Shown here piece after piece: positions 1 to 11,044 of a stretch of 39,221 nt of DNA. Below the pieces are notes generated by a model, which was not told where the DNA came from, searched no databases, and worked only from the letters and a program-made list of their open reading frames with translations. The position numbers and the translations under genes are program-made. The first letter of the stretch is position 1, and each line of letters starts with the position of its first letter. The DNA comes from Octopus sinensis (taxonomy: Eukaryota), in the NCBI RefSeq assembly GCF_006345805.1, contig NW_021835533.1, positions 1 through 39,221 on the forward strand. Reading direction: 5' to 3'.

Positions 1-482
1 TGTTACCACCTAATACAATAGTCAATGCTCAAGTCTACCGTCAGCAAATAGAGCGTTTGAACAAAGCTTTGAAGAAAAAAAGACCCGCTTTCGTGAATCG
101 AAAAGGACAATGCACGACCCCACACTGCAAAGATCACATCTCAGAAGATCGAAGAGCTTGGTTGAAAAAAATTTCCTCATCCACCTTATTCTCCCGGCCT
201 TGCTCCATCAGATTACCATTTGTTTCGTAGTTTACAGAATCATTTGAGGGACATAACTTTCGCAAGCCAGGAGGAGGTCGAAACTGACATCACAGAGTTC
301 TTCGCTTTGAAACCAAAAGAGTTTTACATTGAAGGGATTAAAAAGGTTGTAAATAGATAGAAGGAAGTAATACATAATCAGGGAAGGAAAGTAATTGATC
401 ATTAAATTTCAATTAAATATAACATTTGGTCACTTGTTTTCTTTATTCAAAATTCGGACAGAACTTATGGGATGACTTGATA
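1..482 (+). mobile_element. Mariner (DD34D-type) transposon, decayed 3' half with right terminal inverted repeat
   Basis: Manual translation gives LPPNTIVNAQVYRQQIERLNKALKKKRPAFVNRKG/DNARPHTAKITSQKIEELG*KKFPHPPYSPGLAPSDYHLFRSLQNHL, matching the mariner DNARPH and YSPDLAPSDY motifs, with a frameshift and stops. Ends in TIR-like CGGACAGAACTTATGGGATGACTTGA followed by TA at 481-482. Confidence 0.92.
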
Positions 483-507
483 TGTGTGTATGTACGTATG
501 TATGTAC

Positions 508-701
508 GTAGGAGTGGCTATGTGGTAAGTAGCTTGCTTACGAACCACATGGTTCCGGGTTCAGTATCACTGCGTGGCACCTTGGGCAAGTGTCTTCAGC
601 TATAGCCTCGGGCCGGCCAAAGCCTTGTGAGTGGATTTGGTAGATGGAAACTGAAAGAAGCTCGTCGTATATATGTATATTCATATATTTATATGTGTGT
701 G

Positions 702-732
<31 letters not shown>

Positions 733-938
733 TGTGTGTCTGTGTTTGTCCCCCCCCCCAACATCGCTTGATAACCGATGCTGCTGTGTTTACGTCCCCC
801 GTAACTTAGCGGTTCGGCAAAAGACACCGATAGAATAAGTACAAGGCTTACAAAGAATAAATCCTGATGTCGATTTGCTCGACTAAAGGCGGTGCTCCAG
901 CATGGCTTCATTCAAATGACTGAAGCAAGTAAAAGAAT
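508..938 (+). mobile_element. tRNA-derived CORE-type SINE (family A), full length, with internal (TA)n(TG)n
   Basis: A-box-like TGGCTATGTGG, B-box-like GGGTTCAGTATC, CORE-like CACCTTGGGCAAGTGTCTTC, tail GACTGAAGCAAGTAAAAGA. At least 9 related copies in the window. Likely related to octopus OR2 (from memory, unverified). Confidence 0.88.
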
Positions 939-1242
939 ATAGAGAGTATGTATAATCATGTGGTCATAAGACGCATCACAGCGTGACACTGTAGGGCAAG
1001 CATGTTTTATTTTAGTGTTGCTTCAGGCCGTGCGCAGCTTCATCAGAGAAAATGAGTAGATTGAAACTGTACGGAATCCTATCGGATAGACTAAGCACCT
1101 AATTCAATGGCCTAATTTTGTCACATTCAGTGCCTGGCTAATTCGATACGCAAACACTTTTTCGAATCATTGTAAAGTTACCGAGGAGTACTCGTCATCA
1201 TGTGTTAATGCTGGTGATTGTTTCTTGGTTTTTCCTGGCGTA

Positions 1243-1442
1243 TACAAGGGAGTTCTGAAAAGTTCCTGACCTTACGGGTGTCGCGAAAGACCTAGCTGAA
1301 GGCACATTCTTCCGATTTATTTTACAAGGCTCACAAAAACTAAAGAACCGCTGCAATCGGTATGTAAATATGAGATGGGAACATGTTGAATAACATCATA
1401 GTTAATTTATCCTCCATCCTTAAACACACACATACACACACA

Positions 1443-1480
<38 letters not shown>

Positions 1481-1799
1481 ACACACACACTAGGTGTGCT
1501 GAAAAGTTCCTAGCTTTAGGGTGTCGTGAAAGGCCTGGTTGGAGGCAGAACCATCCGAGTTCTTTTACAGGGCTTACAAAAACTGGACAATTAGTTTGTA
1601 AATCTTAGAGGGGGGAATATGTTGAGATCTTCCATCCATACACACACACGAGGTGTGCTGAAAAGTTCCTAGCTTTAGGAGTATCGCGAAAGGCCTGGCT
1701 GGAGGCAAAACCATCCGAGTTCTTTTACAGGACTTACAAAACTGGACAGCTACAAATAGTGTGTGAATCTGTGAAGGGAACATGCTGAGATCTTCCATC

Positions 1800-1882
<83 letters not shown>

Positions 1883-2110
1883 TACACACACACGTACACA
1901 CACAAGGTGAGAGGGCTTTAAGGATATCGCGAAAGGCCTGGTTTGAGGCCCATCTTACCTACCGACTTCTTTTATAGGGTTTAGAAAAACTGAATGACAA
2001 CTGCAATAAGTGTGTGAATCTGAGATGGGAATATTCTGAATGAAATAATTAACTGATACTTCTGTACTTTCTTTTACCCAAAACCAGGAACTTTTCAATA
2101 CCCCCTCGTA
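1243..2110 (+). mobile_element. Tandem array of 4 mariner-derived mini-units separated by (CA)n
   Basis: Units start at ~1243, 1491, 1648 and 1901. The first three begin with a left-TIR-like (G)TGCTGAAAAGTTCCT; unit 4 has only a degenerate start. Each carries the transposase C-terminal codons (unit 4: GLEKLNDNCNKCVNLRWEYSE*). Only the last unit has the right TIR CCAGGAACTTTTCAATACCCCCTCGTA. Confidence 0.8.
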
Positions 2111-2124
2111 TATATTTCTCCCTG

Positions 2125-2280
2125 GATGGGAGGTCGGTCTGTCGCAGGATGAATGGACTGGAGCAACGTAAAATGAAGTGTTTTGCTCGAGAACACATCG
2201 CATCACCCGATATAGGAATCGAAACCACAATCTTACGATCATGAGTCCAACATCCTAACCACAGAGCCACCTGCTTCCAC
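2125..2280 (-). mobile_element. tRNA-derived SINE head (family C-like), degraded
   Basis: Reverse complement GGTGGCTCTGTGGTTAGGATGTTGGACTCATGATCGTAAGATTGTGGTTTCGATTCC has A/B-box-like motifs, followed by GTGTTCTCGAGCAAAACAC. Resembles the copy at 12383. Confidence 0.7.
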
Positions 2281-2358
2281 TCATATGACAAAAATCAATA
2301 TAGCACATATGCTAGGGCACAACAACCTCCAAAGCAGATCGAGTGCAGACCACACAGC

Positions 2359-2396
<38 letters not shown>

Positions 2397-2397
2397 G

Positions 2398-2440
<43 letters not shown>

Positions 2441-2550
2441 TTATATAAATAAGGATAAGATCGTTATTTAAAATACCGATCATATCATGTGGCTAGCATG
2501 GGAATAAAAACCTCATAAGTAATAATTATGATTAAAATTATAATTAAGAC

Positions 2551-2738
2551 TATCTAAAAGATACCACCATGCTAGATATAGCAATTCCCGTATTGTATAT
2601 TACCTTTTCTCAAATATAGGTACCGCATCAGTCTAATTTATCTTCAGATTAAAAGGCACATTAAATGTATGAACATTTAATGTGATTCTAGGGTGAAATT
2701 TGGGCTGCTATATCTAGCATGGTGATATCTTTTAGATA
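2551..2738. repeat. 33 bp inverted repeat pair enclosing a 12 bp perfect hairpin (MITE-like)
   Basis: 2551-2583 TATCTAAAAGATACCACCATGCTAGATATAGCA vs reverse complement of 2706-2738 (1 mismatch). Internal CACATTAAATGT-ATGA-ACATTTAATGTG at 2657-2684. Confidence 0.8.
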
Positions 2739-2749
2739 CCCTTAATTAC

Positions 2750-4140
2750 AATATACAAACCCACATACAAAACGCAACATCCCATACTGCCTAGCCAGAA
2801 GAATTTGTACCATTATAGAAGATACAAATATCAGGAACAAACGCCTAACAGAACTAAGAGAATGTTTGCTCAAACAAAAATACCCATCTCTACTTATAGA
2901 AAATGGCATACAGTGGGCTATAAAAATACCATACAGCAACTTAGGACAACTCAAGGAAGAGGAAAACAAGAACAAGTCATAACCATTCATGTGACACACA
3001 CAACCCATGTCACCAGAATATCTTCAACATTGCCAAAGCAAACCTACAATCACTGCCCAAAGTAAGGATTAAAAGACATACACGGATTTAGTAAAAGACA
3101 GCCTAAAACCTTGAAAAATTACTAACAAAGGCAAAATTTGACCTTAGCAACAAAGACCAAACCTTCACTGTATCTAAATGCAATGATAGCCGAGTGGCAC
3201 ATGCCAATTAATACATACCGGCCATTATATAAACACAAAATCCGGGAAAATATTCACAAACGCGAATATGAACTGCAAAAGCAGAAATTTAATTTACTGC
3301 ATCAAATACCCAAATTGTGAAGAAATATATGTAGGTCAGACGGGAAATGCACTATCAGAACGCTCACGTGTACACCAACAACAGATTAGAGACCCAGAGG
3401 TCCGTCAGATACCTTTGAGTAACTACCTAGCAACATGTGGTCGGAAAATATATATAATCTTTTCCATTCTACAAATTACACAGCCCAGTGAAATCGAGAG
3501 GAAAATCAGAGAAAAAATTTTATTGATAATTCGAACCCAAGCTAAATAAGCAATAATATAATACCTAGATAGCAGGAAAATTATCTTATTTAGGGTTAAA
3601 AGTTCTATTGCCACCACCATCACCACTAGCAACAATAATTAAGGTGCTGACAATGATGATGAGGACAATTGAAATATAAAAATATAAAAATCTCTGACAA
3701 AGGCTATTTACAACATATCTAAAAATAGCACAACAATTGCTGCCTCACCCAGGGTTAAGATACAGGACTCTTGACATGTTCAACAAAGCGTGACGCCTAA
3801 ACCAATCAACTCAACCAACCAATCAGCTTAAGTAATTGAGTGATACTATACACTGATTGGTCAGAATACAGTTTGCAAAACCTAGCAATCTGGAGCCTAC
3901 CCAGCTGTATTTAAGGCACAGATTCAATCATCTCGCTACAGTCAAAAATTGCAAAGCATGACTGTCACCACTACTACATGAACCTGAAGATTGCAGAATT
4001 TAATGCATGAAAGTACTAGTTCAATCAGAATGAACATTTAACATTCTACTATTTTATTTTATTCTACTATATTATATTATCTTATATTATATTATTATAA
4101 GATTGTAAATTAAACGTGAAAATCAGACAAGGCTGGAATT
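2750..4140 (+). mobile_element. Penelope-like retroelement 3' portion: RT thumb/linker, GIY-YIG endonuclease, 3' pseudo-LTR
   Basis: From ~2758: NPHTKRNIPYCLARRICTIIEDTNIRNKRLTELRECLLKQKYPSLLIENGI. ORF 3268-3549: NCKSRNLIYCIKYPNCEEIYVGQTGNALSERSRVHQQQI (GIY-YIG). Stops and frameshifts present. Hammerhead motif downstream. The 3' boundary is approximate. Confidence 0.9.
3980..4022 (+). ncRNA. Minimal type I hammerhead ribozyme motif in PLE 3' region
   Basis: GAAC-CTGAAGA-TTGCA-GAATTTAA-TGCAT-GAAA-GTAC-TA-GTTC. Stem I GAAC/GTTC, core CUGANGA and GAAA, stem II TGCA/TGCA, palindromic stem III AGTACT, CUA cleavage triplet. Confidence 0.8.
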
Positions 4141-4529
4141 CCTTTTATTAATATATTCTTCTATACACAATGCGTAGGATAGATAGAGAACGAGAATCAA
4201 GCAACTGACTTGAAGTCAAGACGAATGGACAAATATATTGATACTTTAACCACACGACACCCCCGCCCCCCAAAAAAACTGACGCAGGCATAGTAACGCA
4301 TACGCGAGTGCGCACATGAATACACACATACATGTTCATACATAGGCACGACCTCATAAACTGACACCTATCATATTTAATGATACATAACCACATAAAG
4401 AAAACGGACAGTGATAAGGGAAGACAAAAGGAATATGTATAGGAAAATGGACGACAGCAGAATAATAAAAAATATAGATACGGAGGACTGGATATCTGTA
4501 TGTATAATATATATGTGTAAGCGTGTGTT

Positions 4530-4543
4530 TGTATGTGTAAGTG

Positions 4544-4597
<54 letters not shown>

Positions 4598-4886
4598 GTT
4601 TTGTCTCAAATAATATTTTATATATATATAGATAATATATCTCTATATATATATATATAGATATATACATATATATATATATATATGTGTATATATATAT
4701 ATGTATCTATATATATATTATATATATATATATATATATATGTATTATATATACACACGTATATATATAATATATAATATATCAACACAGCAATATATAC
4801 AATCCATATATATGTATATATATATATATACAAACATATATATGTATATACTATATATATATATATGTATATATATATATACAAAC

Positions 4887-4920
<34 letters not shown>

Positions 4921-5190
4921 GTATATATACAACATATATAATATGTATATATACATATATAATATATATATATATATATGTATATATATATTGTGTGTGT
5001 GTGTGTGTGTGTGTAGATATAGATATGTATATGTATGTGCGTGTGTTTGTGACAGAGAAGGACACATAAAGAGAGTCGTAAGCTATATATGTATTCATTT
5101 ATGCACCTATTGTACAGAGAAACAAAGACAGAAATAAAGAGAGAGAGAGAGAGAGGGAGAGAGAGAGAGAGAAAGGGGAGAGAGAGAGAG
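4530..5190. repeat. Compound (TA)n/(TG)n/(AG)n microsatellite block
   Basis: Directly visible simple repeats; they explain ORFs 4618-5067, 4701-5069 and neighbours. Confidence 0.95.
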
Positions 5191-5583
5191 TACATGTGTA
5201 TCTGAGTTCCTGTGTTTTGGGTGAAAAAGAAAATATAAAGAGGTTCAAGTGAAAATAGGGTATGTGCGAAAACGGATGTATTAAACAAAAGCGTAGGTTA
5301 AAGGAGCGATGCAAGGCCGCCATCTTTGATTTGCTTGTACCATGTCAGGAAAGTTAATCGCACATGAGTCTCGGGCCTTCCTTCTTTCACTCAATTCTTT
5401 TGGACATTGCTTCTTACAATCACGCTTCTGTTATCTTCCTTACACTGTTTAACTCTTGCAAAGTCTCTCTTTAGACTCACACACACGCACTATGCGCACA
5501 CAAAAGATTGATAATAGAAGTCATCATTATGCACGCGCACGCGGACGGACACACATTCATATATACATACATACATATATATA

Positions 5584-5626
<43 letters not shown>

Positions 5627-5760
5627 GGTGTGTCTGTGTATATGTGTGTATATACATATTATATACATATTATACATACAGATACATACATATGTATGTA
5701 TGCATGTATGTATATATATATATAGTATAATATAATATATATATTTATATATATAATATA

Positions 5761-5792
<32 letters not shown>

Positions 5793-5976
5793 TATATATA
5801 TATGCATGTATGTATGTATATATATTGTTAACTACTTAGTTATCTCGTTGTCGTAACAACCACATCTCACCCCCACCACCACCATGTTTTTCCACCTATC
5901 ATTATCTTTCTTCTCCCTCCTCTCATAATTTCTCTCCTGTATCTTTTGTATTTCTTTCCTTGCAACGTGTATGACA

Positions 5977-5978
<2 letters not shown>

Positions 5979-6042
<64 letters not shown>

Positions 6043-6043
6043 T
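5979..6043. repeat. (AAT)n microsatellite
   Basis: Pure ATA/AAT run. Confidence 0.97.
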
Positions 6044-6525
6044 TATTTTAATTAAACAAAATTCTCCGCCGGAAGTACGGTGACTTTTCGACACTGAAAC
6101 CCGTCCGTGTATGTGTGGTATTGCATCTGTGTTGTTGGTGTATTGCAAGCTATGAAGAGACGAGACTGCCGATGAGGAAAGTTAAAGAGAATAAAATAGT
6201 AAGAGAGAGACCGAGAGAGAGAGAGAGCGAGAGAGAGAAGGTAGATGATGGATATACAATAGTATTTAAAGCAACAACTACAAACTGCAACAACACTAAA
6301 CAAAAGAATCAAGAGACTAACATGACAATAAAATATAAAAATGTTAAACTGGCTGACGGGGATCTGTTATTTTGTTTGGTTGTTTTTATGTTGCGTTTTT
6401 TTTTTCTTTAATTTCTAAATTACTTTCTCCATTCTTCTTATTATTCGGAGAGAAACTGTTTTGCACACAGTGATACTGTTACCACTACTGTAACTTCTGG
6501 AACCTAATTTCTCGACAACACAAAA

Positions 6526-6526
<1 letters not shown>

Positions 6527-6583
<57 letters not shown>

Positions 6584-6614
6584 ACTACTACTACTGCTGC
6601 TACTACTGCTGCTG

Positions 6615-6670
<56 letters not shown>

Positions 6671-6762
6671 ACTACTACTACTACTGCTACTACTACTACT
6701 ACTAATACTGCCGCTGCTGCTGCTGCTGCTGCTACTACTACTACTACTACTACTACTACTCT
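6527..6762. repeat. Compound (CTA)n/(CTG)n trinucleotide microsatellite
   Basis: Alternating TAC and TGC blocks. Confidence 0.95.
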
Positions 6763-7556
6763 GGTCTTTTTGCAGCGATTATCAAGTTTTCTACTTTCGC
6801 TTTCAGTTCGATGCACTTCCGTCCCTGATGTATCTCCAGTAGGTTCCCTTTTGCTTCCCGTACATGTCAGATACTTCCCGGGTCTTCTACAGGTGCAACT
6901 GATTACGATGTTCTGTCTTCTACTTTACTTTTTAGTGTAGATTGTGGTTACCCCGTTGCTTGGGGGCAATGAAGCTCTTCTCTGAATTGCACGGTTGTGT
7001 TCTTAATGGAATAAGGATGATGTTTTACAATCCGAATGAATGGCTCATCTGTTTTTATCCGATATATTTCAAATTCAATAGTCAAAATCAAAAGATTAGT
7101 TTCAGCTGGATTTCCTAAATCTTTTCAGGTGAACAGTTCTTAGACAAATGCATTTGAATGGTGAAACTTCTCGTCTTCATGTCCAGTCTCACGGTGACAT
7201 TCAGTTTTCCATTTGGAAAAGTGGCGACTATACCTCCCCACAGATATTGCTAAAATCTCAAAGTTTTTACATATCTCCCTTACGCAATCTTGTACAGAAC
7301 CCATGCTGGATCTTCTCATTCAGGACTGAACATCCTTTGTATCCCATCTCCTTCGTTCACTACAAGGTACTTGCATGTAACGTTTTAGTCTAGCTCCTTA
7401 ATTACGGTTCAGTGTCAAAATCTACTTTTGTAGTTTTAGCTTTTCTTTCACAGGGTGGTTTGAGCATATTAGTGTATAAAAATATTCACTGATGTCACTG
7501 AAAGTCTTCATCTGCCTGTTGCCTTCGGAAACGTCTTGGGGATCAACAATATGGAA

Positions 7557-7635
<79 letters not shown>

Positions 7636-7889
7636 ATTATTATAATTTTCATTAGCATCTTCTTTCAATACTGCTTACATTTCTTGCCGAGTGTCTTCCT
7701 GACACCTAGGGCAGGGAAACGTATTGTATACATTTGTAGGCCATTAAAGCATTTACAGAGTCAAATTATAGAAAAAAGGGGAAGACAGAGATAAAAAGGA
7801 AAAAATAAAAATTTGAAAATTAAACAAATAAAATAAAGGGGAGAAAGAGGAAAGAAAATTCACAGCGACGATGCCTCAATACGTGTGAC

Positions 7890-7949
<60 letters not shown>

Positions 7950-7951
<2 letters not shown>

Positions 7952-8362
7952 AGTGAGAAAGCAGTGCATGCTATTAAAGTAACACTGGAGTAAAATATAC
8001 GAAGTCCAGTTTACCAATCAGGACAAGCCGTCTAATAAGGGTACACCAGGCACATGCATCACAACCAAATGTGCGCGAAATGGTGATCTCATATCAAGAT
8101 AAACAGCGTATGACCTTGTAGGTGGGGCCCAGTTAGAATTTTCTTCAGGTCCAGTAGCCCATCCCGCTCAAACGGTCCTTGAATAAGGGTTTTTAAGGAT
8201 GTTGAACTAAACAGCCATGTTTCCAAAGGTGAAATATTCATATCAGAAAGAACTTCTCTCAACACATGGCTATGATGCTCCCCAACTACTTCTGCTCGTT
8301 ATCAGAGACGCACAGCCAAGGACGCTTAATTGATTAAAGTCAAGCAACTGACAAGCAAATCT
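7950..8362 (-). mobile_element. Non-coding (AAT)n-associated dispersed element (family E), partial copy
   Basis: Reverse complement aligns by eye with 34821-35375 and 27391-27926 (e.g. GCATGCACTGCT.TCTCACTC then (AAT)n; CCTGAAGAAAATTCTAACTGGG). Strand is relative to the other copies. Confidence 0.85.
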
Positions 8363-8367
8363 TCTTG

Positions 8368-8560
8368 TTAAGACCGCGACCAGTTCACTGACAAAAATCC
8401 GTGCAGCACGGATTTTTGTCAGTGAACAGGTCGGTGTCTTAAAGCGTCGAAAATATTTTGACAAATTAAACTTAAATGTTGAAGTAAATCGAATGGCTTT
8501 TGTGTGTTTCTTAAATGGCTTACAAACACCTTCCACGCTGCAATTGTTTTCGTTTCAGCA
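8368..8560. mobile_element. Palindromic (foldback) MITE-like element, left arm truncated
   Basis: Perfect 22 bp stem GTTCACTGACAAAAATCCGTGC (8383-8404) / GCACGGATTTTTGTCAGTGAAC (8406-8427), extending imperfectly to 8368-8442. Confidence 0.7.
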
Positions 8561-8698
8561 CACGATCTCAGATCAAATCACTTGCTATGCAAGTACATCT
8601 CCGTAATATAATATATATATATATACATATGTAGATACATGTACAACTAGATATGTGTGCTTGTGTATGTGTCTGTGTCTCTGTGTGTCTGTGTGTCT

Positions 8699-8729
<31 letters not shown>

Positions 8730-8914
8730 GTTCCCGAAAATGAAAAGATATTCATCAAAACAATGAACGATAACCAGTACAGTGTCTAAATATTCGATCA
8801 AATCACGTTGTGAAACGCCAGCGTCAGATGAGATCAGTAATAAAGCAAACCTCTCTTTGTCTCTTATCAGTATGCAAAGGCACGAACACGCTGAGTAAAC
8901 GAGTTAGACTCAGT

Positions 8915-9115
8915 GTGGTCCATATACTTGCTAGAAATAGCAACCAAATCTTCCTTGTATTTTAACCTACGCATATTTTAAGGCGCTAGGTTGCTAGATG
9001 TCATCATTGATCTTGAAATGCACGCAACATTGGGAAAAGCTCCGACGAGATAGCCACGGCTGGAATGCCTTTGATTATGAACTGGCTCAATCAAGGCTAA
9101 CTTTGATTTAGACAA
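8915..9115 (+). repeat. Dispersed family D (TGCTAGAAATAGCA motif ... GCCTTTGAT tail)
   Basis: TGCTAGAAATAGCAACCAAATCTTCC and GGCTGGAATGCCTTTGAT are shared with copies at 19240 (+), 23405 (-) and 30985 (-). Confidence 0.6.
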
Positions 9116-9510
9116 GAAGAAAAAGTAACATGAAAAAAAAAGCAAACAACGTAAAAAAAAGTCAAAACAACACAAATCCAATCCTTTTGTTCCTGCCACA
9201 TATTTTTGAGTCTTGAGGCTATTCTTGTCTCGGATCTCATTCCCTTGTTGTGTTTTTTTTTTAAACTTGTTGTTGTTGTTGCTGTTGCTTTTGTTGTTAA
9301 TGTTTTATTTTTGTTGTTCTCTCGTCTTCGAATGATACTTGAAACAGAACTGGCGATGAGGGTTTCATTGGTGATGAAAAATAATAAAACAAACTTGCCT
9401 TCAGCCATCTTTTTACTTTCAATGTATTATTTTATTTTCGCCACTCATACGCTATACACACACACACACACACAACAAAATATATATGTATATATATATA
9501 TATATATAAT

Positions 9511-9558
<48 letters not shown>

Positions 9559-9910
9559 ATAATATATAATATATATCCATATATATATATATATATATGG
9601 ATATATACATATATGTACGATGTATGTATTGGTTTAAGTTTTTCGCAGTTGAAACGAGGAAACAACGACGCAAACACTTCTTGGTCTAACCTGCCACGAA
9701 TCAAAGAACAAAGCCACCAACCACCAGGTAGTGTCCCTCTTTTATGAGGAGCTTCTGGTGTGGCCCGCATCCACAAACTATCATCGTAACTTCTGTTCAT
9801 AGATAAGTGCTTCGTTTTGCAAATTTTTTCCGGCAATATCCCACCATCCTTCATCCCCGAGGCAATAACAGAAGTCACTGTATATGTTACTACTACTACT
9901 ACTACTACTA

Positions 9911-9946
<36 letters not shown>

Positions 9947-9980
9947 TTATCATTATCATTATTATTATTATTATTGCTAT

Positions 9981-10200
9981 GGCGGCGAGTTGGCAGAATC
10001 GTTAGTACGCCGGACAGAACGCTTAGCAGCATTTCGTACGTCTTTACGCTCTGTGTTCAAATTCTGTCGAGGTCGACATTGCAATTCATCCTATCGGGAT
10101 CGATAAATAAAGTACCAGTTGATCACTGGTGTTGATGTAATCGACTATCACCCCCACCCGCTTCGACGAAATGCTGACAGTATGCCAAAATTTGAAGCTA
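9981..10200 (+). mobile_element. tRNA-derived SINE family B (B2-type tail), degraded
   Basis: GGCGGCGAGTTGGCAGAATCGTTAG head, GTTCAAATTC B-box, ATCCTATCGGGATCGATAAATAAAGTACCAG central domain resembling the MetaSINE domain (from memory). Confidence 0.85.
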
Positions 10201-10249
10201 TTGTTATTGTTGTTGTTATAATCATCATCATCATCGAAGATGACAAATT

Positions 10250-10390
10250 AGGAGAAGGAGGAGGAGGAGGAGGAGAAGGAGAAGGAGAAGAAGAAGTAGA
10301 AGAAGAAGTAGAAGGAGAAGAAGAAGAAGAAGAAGAAGAAGAAGAAGAAGAAGAAGAAGAAGAAGAAGAAGAAGAAGAAGAAGAAGAAGA
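10250..10390. repeat. (GGA)n/(GAA)n polypurine microsatellite
   Basis: Long GAA run; source of the poly-E/S/L/F ORFs. Confidence 0.97.
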
Positions 10391-10917
10391 AGAAGAAGAA
10401 AAAGAAGGTAGATATGGAGGGTAATGATGAGCTGTATATTGAGGTTTTGGCTGCTCTGGCAATGAAGAACAAACAAGAAACAAAAGGATGAAGAATAAAA
10501 GAATGAAGAATTAAAACAAGAATACGAATCTCACTGCTACTGCCGCCACCATCACCACCACTTCCACCACCACCACCACCATTACCATCATCATCACCAA
10601 CTATGAAAATCCATTCTATCATTACGATGATAGAGGAAGACGCAAAACATTGTGAAGAAGACGGGAAGAAATAAAACTAATGAGGATTATGGGAAGGACA
10701 ACAATGGCGAACAATAACGAAGGAAACCGAAATGAATACCAAGAAAAAAATATATAACAAAACCCGAATAAAAAAATAACATTCAGAAGGGAGACACACA
10801 CATACGCACGGATACAAGCACAGCCACATGCATACGTATTATATGTATGCATTCATATGTACACATGCAGACACACACATAAACACGAATATGCGTGTGT
10901 GTGTGAACGTGTTGGTG

Positions 10918-10948
<31 letters not shown>

Positions 10949-11005
10949 TTGTATGAATGTATGTATATGTGTATGTATATGTGTATAATATATTATTGTA
11001 ATATA

Positions 11006-11044
<39 letters not shown>

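Noticed and set aside
508-600. tRNA genes at SINE heads (also 12383 and 37245)
   Set aside because: A/B boxes are present but there is no complete cloverleaf; each continues into a multi-copy SINE body.
1010-1052. Minus-strand CTGATGA-A-GCTG-CGCA-CGGC hammerhead-like start
   Set aside because: No GAAA after stem II and no stem I partner.
1243-2110. CRISPR-like repeat-spacer array
   Set aside because: The units are 150-200 bp mariner derivatives, the spacers are (CA)n, the context is eukaryotic and there are no cas genes.
4148-5735. Many IY/YI-rich ORFs
   Set aside because: (TA)n/(TG)n microsatellites lacking stops.
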